Assembly: GCA_946624985.1 (NCBI GenBank)
Contig: CAMOSQ010000004.1
Location: 7,034-71,033, forward strand
Direction of reading: 5' to 3'
Origin: an uncultured Bacillales bacterium
GTDB taxonomy: Bacteria > Bacillota_I > Bacilli_A > RF39 > UBA660
Length of the DNA stretch: 64,000 nt
In this document: positions 58,414 to 64,000 of the stretch, piece after piece
Layout of the letters: each line of letters opens with the position of its first letter
Numbering within the stretch: the first letter of the stretch is position 1
Program-made: the position numbers and the translations under genes
Notes under the pieces: generated by a model
What the model saw: only the letters and a program-made list of their open reading frames with translations
Databases searched by the model: none
What the model was told of the DNA's origin: nothing

Positions 58414-59250
58414 CTACTTCACCTTATAAATTGATTCCTTGTGCAAAAAGAAAGTATCAACATTACCAAGCATCTCACTTATAGAATCAAAATACTCTTC
58501 CTTATTATTATCAGAAACACCGTAAAACATGTTCAAATCTTTATTCATATCATCATTAGAAACTAAAAAACTGTTCAAAAGTACATAATCAATACCACTC
58601 TCATTAAAACTAACAAAATCCTTTATTCCATTTAAATAAGAACTAGTATAAACAGTAGTAACAGAAGAATCAACAATAGGATATGTAAATCCTTCTTTAG
58701 TAATATAATTAATACTAGAATCATCAGATAAATCAAAACGATCCAAATAATTTTTCTTCAAATGTCTACGAGAAACAAACATAGGAAAATAACCAAATAT
58801 AGGTACAATTAAACCACAATCACTATTATTCTTAATATCAATTATATCTTTAGAACTAATCTCCTCAGAAAGTAAAGTATAATCTACACCTTTATCCTTC
58901 CAAAAATTAACGCTCATATAATTATTAGTCATATGTTCCTGAGCCCAAACTAAAGGAATATCTAAATCTAATCTTTTAACAATAGATAAAACCGCTATAT
59001 CATAAAAAAATACACCCTTAACATCCAATTTAGACAATCTAACTAAAATACTTTCCAATAACTCTAAATCAGAACTATGCATATTCTTATTCAAAGAAAC
59101 AAAAATCTCCTTAGAAGAAGATAAACTCTCAACCTCCTCTATAGAATAATAAATAGGCATATTAACAGAAAGTCCATCTATTCCTATTAAATAAGAATCA
59201 CACTTATAATCAAAATTTTTATCACTAGGAATCAACATCAACTTAGTCAT
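58414..59250 (-). CDS. peptidase U32 family protein, short paralog (YrrN type)
   Basis: Directly upstream of, and adjacent to, the U32 gene, with divergent U32-like sequence. Synteny matches Bacillus yrrN-yrrO. Confidence 0.7.
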   Translation of the reverse strand: MTKLMLIPSDKNFDYKCDSYLIGIDGLSVNMPIYYSIEEVESLSSSKEIFVSLNKNMHSSDLELLESILVRLSKLDVKGVFFYDIAVLSIVKRLDLDIPLVWAQEHMTNNYMSVNFWKDKGVDYTLLSEEISSKDIIDIKNNSDCGLIVPIFGYFPMFVSRRHLKKNYLDRFDLSDDSSINYITKEGFTYPIVDSSVTTVYTSSYLNGIKDFVSFNESGIDYVLLNSFLVSNDDMNKDLNMFYGVSDNNKEEYFDSISEMLGNVDTFFLHKESIYKVK

Positions 59251-59293
59251 AAAATCACCTAAAAAATATTATACAAAAAAAGACTTAAAAAGT

Positions 59294-59530
59294 CTATAAT
59301 TTGTTTATTTCATCAATTGTAAGCCCTGTTATTTTGGATATGGTTTCTATATCAATATTCTCATCCAAAGATTTTTTAGCTATTTCAATTTTTCCTTCTT
59401 GTTTTCCCTCTTTTTTCGCATCAACTATTGCCATCGCACTACAATATTCATCTAACTGTTGTTTTTCTAACTCACTCATAAATATAGGATCACTACTTAA
59501 ACTCTTTACTGTTTCAACTACTTTTTTCAT
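59294..59530 (-). pseudogene. C-terminal fragment resembling Rpn-family (PD-(D/E)XK putative transposase) proteins
   Basis: AKKEGKQEGKIEIAKKSLDENIDIETISKITGLTIDEINKL matches the repetitive EG...IA..LL..G..IE.I...TGL..EEI..L tail of that family. No nuclease domain lies upstream. Confidence 0.4.
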
Positions 59531-59725
59531 AATATCATCACCTTAACAATTGTTCGATTGATATTATATCATTTCACTACAAAGTAATCAATGGTTTTAC
59601 ACATAATTTTGTGAACTACCCATCAGCTAAAGTTAATGTGATTGCGACTAAATTTCTTTCAAAAGGTTCAAATTCATCCCTCTACTTGTAAAAGATAGAG
59701 CAATTCTTTGGCTTTTTAGTTAAAA

Positions 59726-60547
59726 TTATCTCTCATTAATTTTAATTTCTTTTTCTAACTCCTTTAAACTTTTATTAGATGTTAGTAACTTCTCTGGCAT
59801 AGTACCACCATTCTTAGCTATAACTTCTCTAATATTTTTTCCAATATTATAATGTGTATCATTTGCACTATTTTCTCCTTTTATATTATCGTTAATAAGT
59901 TTTTCTTCTGTTTGAGTTATTCTAAATAAATTAGCAGCCAATTCTACACTTCCCATATTATCTAAGATATCTTCTCTATACCTCAAATTCTTCCTTTTAG
60001 CTATTTCATTAGCTGTTTCACCATTATATAAACCTTTATAACCTGCATTATGAAATCTGTCAAAATTCTTAACTCCAGCATTTTTAGCAGCAATATTCAA
60101 TGAATAATTTCCTTTTTTAGTTAAATTTCTTTGATAAAATCTCTTCTCATCTTCAGTGAGACAACTATATTCCATTTCACTTAATTCTTGTTTTCTTGTT
60201 TGAATCGCAAAATATGTTTTAGCTAGAGCAATTACTTTCTTCCTGGGATCGCAATTTAAAACTATTAAATAACACGCATATCTTGTCAATTTATAATCCG
60301 TTATTTTTCTAGTAGTTTTTGAACCTACTTGAACCATTTTATTGACGTCAATAAAATGGTGTAAAATATTATAATTACTATTCTTACAATTGTTCATAGC
60401 AATTTTAATAATTCTATGAAAATTTTGCCATAACGAATATTCAAACACTATCATTAACTCTCTAGCATACCAATATTCATTACCATTTTCATCTACACGT
60501 TTAATATCTTCAAACATTTTTTCTGTATACTCTTTTATTTCATTCAT
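59726..60547 (-). CDS. dinD: DNA damage-inducible protein D (DinD) family protein, copy 2
   Basis: Collinear with 34765-35589 at both protein and nucleotide level (YWYARELM, KLTRYACYLIVLNCDPRK, GYKGLYNGETANEIAKRK). Confidence 0.78.
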   Translation of the reverse strand: MNEIKEYTEKMFEDIKRVDENGNEYWYARELMIVFEYSLWQNFHRIIKIAMNNCKNSNYNILHHFIDVNKMVQVGSKTTRKITDYKLTRYACYLIVLNCDPRKKVIALAKTYFAIQTRKQELSEMEYSCLTEDEKRFYQRNLTKKGNYSLNIAAKNAGVKNFDRFHNAGYKGLYNGETANEIAKRKNLRYREDILDNMGSVELAANLFRITQTEEKLINDNIKGENSANDTHYNIGKNIREVIAKNGGTMPEKLLTSNKSLKELEKEIKINER

Positions 60548-60602
60548 TTATTTCACCTCAAAATATATCTTACTTCATAGAAATAAAAGTTCCTTAAAAA
60601 AA

Positions 60603-60623
60603 CAAAAAAAATCGTAAAAAACT
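60603..60623. repeat. direct repeat caaaaaaaatcgtaaaaa(a)ct, copy 1 (part of terminator hairpin atcgtaaaaa-ctt-tttacgat)
   Basis: Matches 62068-62087 apart from one extra A. Confidence 0.7.
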
Positions 60624-60656
60624 TTTTACGATTTTTATTATTAAAATAACAAACAT

Positions 60657-61950
60657 TTATTCAGAAACAATTTGAACAGTTCTATCACCAACTGTAACAG
60701 TACCTGTCTTAAATGATTCTCCACTTGTTCCTGTAATTATTCCATTCCAATCAAATGCTTTATCTGTTTTATTAATTATTTTAGTTAAAGTATCAATTTG
60801 AAACGCAGTAGATCCTATTTCAATTATACTACTAGGTATTACAATATCTTTAATTGTTGTATTTTTAAATGCAGCAGCACCTATTACTTTAACATCATTT
60901 GTTAAAGTAATATTATTTAGATTTCTACTACCAGCAAATGCACCTGCTGGAATTTCATTTAAAGCAATCGTTAAAGATTTTATATTACTTGAGCCTGAAA
61001 AAATACTCACACTAAAATTAGTCAATCCAGTTCCAATCAATACTTTTTCCAGAGATGAAATATTAGCAAACGCTCCTCCTTGTATTGTTTCAACACTATT
61101 TGGTATTGTGAGTTCGTTTATATGAACTCCCATAAAAGCAGAACCATCTATTGTAGTCACACTGTTCGGAATAGATAACTCTGTTAGTCCTGACATGTTA
61201 AATGAAGAAAACCCGATTATACTTACATTACTTCCTATTTTAACACTACTTAAAGATGATGTATTAAGAAACGCTATATCATTAATTTTCTTCACATTAT
61301 CTAACATAATCACACTTGTAATTATATTATTATTAAGAAAAGCTCTTTGCCCTATTTCAGTAACAATATTCCCTTCAGTATCCTCAATAGGAATAATAAT
61401 ATCAGTAATACTTCCATCATATTCATCAGTATTAAAACCAGTTATTGAAACATAACCATTTTCATCCGGTTCAGAATATGTAAACCAATTACTTGGTGAA
61501 GTTTCTATATTACCATTTTTTGTTGTTATAGGTGAATTTATTGATTCATCATAAGTTACTACAAAATCTCCAAACTTTAACGAATAATCAATTACTTTCC
61601 CTTTTTCTAATTTAATCCATCCTTCTGTTGGTTTTGTACCACTTACAGAAAAATCTTCTGGTAACTCTGATACATCAAATAATCCTGTTGGTAATTCTTG
61701 TGATGCATCAGCTACAGACTTAGTCAAATAATATTTATTAACTGCATCTTTAAAACCATACGCTGAATCTTTAGCTGCTCCTTCGCTAGAATTATCAATT
61801 ATATTAAGTATAATTGGTACTGTAATTACTGCAATTATTGCTAGTATTACTATTATCGCTAATAGTTCTATTAGTGTGAAGGCATTACGTTTATTTATAA
61901 TACCCCCCCCCTAAGTTGCTATTAGCAAATATTCTTCTTTCCTGTTTCAC
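60657..61950 (-). CDS. prepilin-type N-terminal domain fused to BspA-type leucine-rich repeats; start uncoupled by a G9 tract (phase-OFF or frameshift)
   Basis: The open frame 61910..60657 encodes IINKRNAFTLIELLAIIVILAIIAVITVP... then LRR_5-like repeats (IPNSVTTIDGSAFMG, IPNSVETIQGGAFAN, ...). The only SD-equipped start (GGAGG, 9 nt, GTG at 61950) is in the +1 frame with 9 G and in frame with 8 G. Confidence 0.7.
61903..61911. repeat. C9 (G9 on the coding strand) homopolymer
   Basis: Read directly from the sequence. It is the longest G/C run I noticed in this AT-rich window. Confidence 0.95.
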
Positions 61951-62067
61951 TAATATCATCCTCCATTCTAATAGAAGCTATATACAACCAGGAAATTATC
62001 ATTTATAGTCTTCTACTATATAAATTTTAACACATTACAAACCTTATATCAATATAAAATTTATAAG

Positions 62068-62087
62068 CAAAAAAAATCGTAAAAACT
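62068..62087. repeat. direct repeat caaaaaaaatcgtaaaaact, copy 2, overlapping the stop of the O-methyltransferase gene
   Basis: Matches 60603-60623. Confidence 0.7.
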
Positions 62088-62667
62088 ATGATTTTCTTCT
62101 ACTTATACCTATACCATCACCTATAGAAATAAACTCAGTATCAAACTCAAGATTATTCTTTAAAAAATCAATGTACTTAACAATCTTACCAACAAGTTGT
62201 CTAGTATTTCTATTAGTAATAGAATCCATATTATCAACCATACCATGAAAACTAAGATTATCAGATATAATAACGCCATCTTTAGCTAAATTACTTTTAT
62301 ATTTTTCAAAAAACTTAATATACTGAGCTTTAGCAGCATCAATAAATATAAGATCAAAATCACCAGAAATATCACACTCTAAAGCATCAGCTAAAATAAT
62401 TTCAATTCTATCATTTAAACCAAAATCATTAATATTTTTAACAGCCTCATTATATCTTAGAGTATCTCTTTCAATAGTAACAACTTGAATATCAAGAGAT
62501 ACCTGAGCCATACATATAGCAGAATAACCTATTGCACTACCAACCTCAAGTATCCTCTTAATATCATTTTTTTTTATAAAATCAGTTAAAAAATCTATAC
62601 CATCACTTAACATGATAGGTATATTATTTTCATGAGCATATTCCTCAATTACTCGTAAACATACCAT
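62086..62667 (-). CDS. SAM-dependent O-methyltransferase (YrrM/TrmR type)
   Basis: EVGSAIGYS (SAM motif I), DLIFIDAAK, and synteny with mltG and the U32 pair. Confidence 0.82.
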   Translation of the reverse strand: MVCLRVIEEYAHENNIPIMLSDGIDFLTDFIKKNDIKRILEVGSAIGYSAICMAQVSLDIQVVTIERDTLRYNEAVKNINDFGLNDRIEIILADALECDISGDFDLIFIDAAKAQYIKFFEKYKSNLAKDGVIISDNLSFHGMVDNMDSITNRNTRQLVGKIVKYIDFLKNNLEFDTEFISIGDGIGISRRKS

Positions 62668-63728
62668 AAGCCCTCACTCTTCAATCTAGAAATAGTAGCC
62701 AAATGTTCAGAATCATTCTTACTAAAATAAGTATTCCCACTCTTATCAGCCACAAAATAATAATAATCACTTTGTGTTGGATTCATAACTCCTTCAATAG
62801 ATTCCAAAGAAGGACTAGAAATAGGTCCAACAGGTAATCCACTAAAGCAGCTGCCCCTTGTATTATATGCATTACACTCATCCAACTCAGCACGCGTTAA
62901 ATCGACATTAAAATCCTTACGCGATGCATAATAAGTTGTAACATCACTACCTAAAGTCATACCAGAATTCAAACGATTAAAAAACACACCCGCAACACCA
63001 TTTCTATCATGACTATTACCAGCCTCAAGCTCAACAATTGAAGCAAGAGTTAATAATTTATGAACAGTATAACCACTATTACTAATTTTATCCTTATAAC
63101 CACTCAACTTAGCATCCATCTGCTTAAGCATTACTTTAAAAATATCACGAACACTAGAATCTGGAGAAAATTGATAAGTATCAGGAAATAAATACCCCTC
63201 TAAAGGATAATAAATTCTATCATCAAGAATCTCATCAGTAATAAACCAATATTCATCAATTAAACTATTTAAATAATCCTTATCAGATAATAAACTATAA
63301 ACATCTTCTTCACTATTACCAGTATTAGAAGCAATTAAAGAAGCAATCTTCCTTATATTAATTCCCTCTTTAAAAGTAATAGAAATATGATCCTCCTTAT
63401 AATCCTTACCAGATAAAACATTTAATATATCACCAACACTCATATTATCCTTTAATTCATAAATTCCCTTTTTTAAAGAACTATAATTATGAGTCTTAAC
63501 ATAAATTTTATATGCCAAAACAGATCTTATAAGATTCATATCCTCTAATTTCTTAGAAATACTATTATAAGTATCCCCATCCTCAATTCTAAACTCAATA
63601 ACATTACCACTCTTACCAACAGGTTTTAACTTACTAAAATATATAACAACAGTATTAATACCTAAAAAAAGAAAAAAAAGAAACAAAGATACAACAATAA
63701 CCCCTTTTTTATTCAATCTTTTTTTCAT
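62649..63728 (-). CDS. mltG: endolytic murein transglycosylase MltG (YceG family)
   Basis: N-terminal TM segment and a YceG-typical core (LASIVELEA...GLPVGPISSP). Confidence 0.92.
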   Translation of the reverse strand: MKKRLNKKGVIVVSLFLFFLFLGINTVVIYFSKLKPVGKSGNVIEFRIEDGDTYNSISKKLEDMNLIRSVLAYKIYVKTHNYSSLKKGIYELKDNMSVGDILNVLSGKDYKEDHISITFKEGINIRKIASLIASNTGNSEEDVYSLLSDKDYLNSLIDEYWFITDEILDDRIYYPLEGYLFPDTYQFSPDSSVRDIFKVMLKQMDAKLSGYKDKISNSGYTVHKLLTLASIVELEAGNSHDRNGVAGVFFNRLNSGMTLGSDVTTYYASRKDFNVDLTRAELDECNAYNTRGSCFSGLPVGPISSPSLESIEGVMNPTQSDYYYFVADKSGNTYFSKNDSEHLATISRLKSEGLWYVYE

Positions 63729-63740
63729 AAAAAGTAAGAA

Positions 63741-64000
63741 CTAATCTTCTAGTTCTCCCTTTGCTTCCTTTTGTAATTCTTCAAGAATTGTATCAATAAT
63801 TTTCCATTCCTTTTCAGTCTCTATCGGTAATAATTGAGTAACATCATTCCCAGGAACATATGAAGACGCAAAAACTCTTACCCTTCCATCTTCATCCTTT
63901 GAATCATCTGTATATGCTATATAACTCTTATTAGTTTCATCAGAATCAAAAGTAAATAATACTTCATATTCTACTTCTTTTCCTTCTTCATTTTTTAACT
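63741..64000 (-). CDS. DUF1292 (YrzB-like) protein; the 5' end lies outside the window
   Basis: My own translation gives ...EVEYEVLFTFDSDETNKSYIAYTDDSKDEDGRVRVFASSYVP...EKEWKIIDTILEELQKEAKGELED, with the stop at 63741-63743. Confidence 0.7.
   Translation of the reverse strand, partial: LKNEEGKEVEYEVLFTFDSDETNKSYIAYTDDSKDEDGRVRVFASSYVPGNDVTQLLPIETEKEWKIIDTILEELQKEAKGELED

Noticed and set aside
59655-59695. tRNA 3'-half-like sequence (ggttcaaattcatccctctact), a possible integration-site remnant next to the DinD/pilin islet.
   Set aside because: The T-stem arms are not complementary (aaagg versus tcatc), and no acceptor or anticodon arms can be drawn. The resemblance is limited to a TTCAAAT loop-like heptamer.
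1-64000. Looked for rRNA, tRNA, tmRNA, CRISPR arrays, IS elements/transposases, integrases and prophage structural genes.
   Set aside because: I recognised none. The phage-related genes present (Bro-N, DinD x2, RhuM fragment, Rpn-like fragment) are isolated singletons or fragments with no adjacent mobility genes.

Overview
This is a very AT-rich chromosomal window from a spore-forming low-GC Firmicute, using the standard genetic code. About 85% of the genes are on the minus strand, in Bacillus-like core synteny. The core genes recognised are recA, rpsD, a T-box-led HAD-deoC-tyrS operon, rbfA, ruvAB, fmt, spmAB, dacB, rny, gpr-spoIIP-yqxA, rpsT, spoVE/ftsW, rpmF-yceD, tmcAL, recU-ponA, htpG, nth-dnaD, cca, hup, spoIVA, der, clpB, greA, two U32 peptidases, an O-methyltransferase (yrrM type), mltG and a DUF1292 gene. 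I found no rRNA, tRNA, CRISPR array, transposase or integrase. Several ORF-track starts look too long, so I re-called them at the first start codon with a good Shine-Dalgarno (SD) sequence. Four things stand out. (1) Two paralogous intergenic modules (about 20.86-21.19 kb and 52.09-52.44 kb) look like an undescribed type I toxin-antitoxin family. Each has a 22-25 aa hydrophobic peptide behind a consensus promoter, an anti-SD/SD hairpin, a convergent ~120-nt sRNA with its own promoter and terminator, and a 5'-3' long-range pairing that differs in sequence but stays complementary in both copies. (2) A C9/G9 homopolymer in the 5' end of a pilin-like/BspA-LRR gene uncouples an SD-equipped GTG start from the pilin body, which is the pattern of a phase-variable gene in the OFF state. 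(3) Two small accessory islets interrupt core operons and are bracketed by duplicated terminator-like repeats. They carry pilin-like adhesin genes, DinD paralogs, XRE regulators, DUF1016 nuclease copies, and RhuM and Rpn fragments. (4) Regulatory elements include CIRCE operators on htpG and clpB, an identical 12-mer palindrome at recA and ruvA, a Tyr T-box two genes upstream of tyrS, and a GC-rich orphan structured element near 17.95 kb. All family assignments come from reading motifs by eye. No database search was run.
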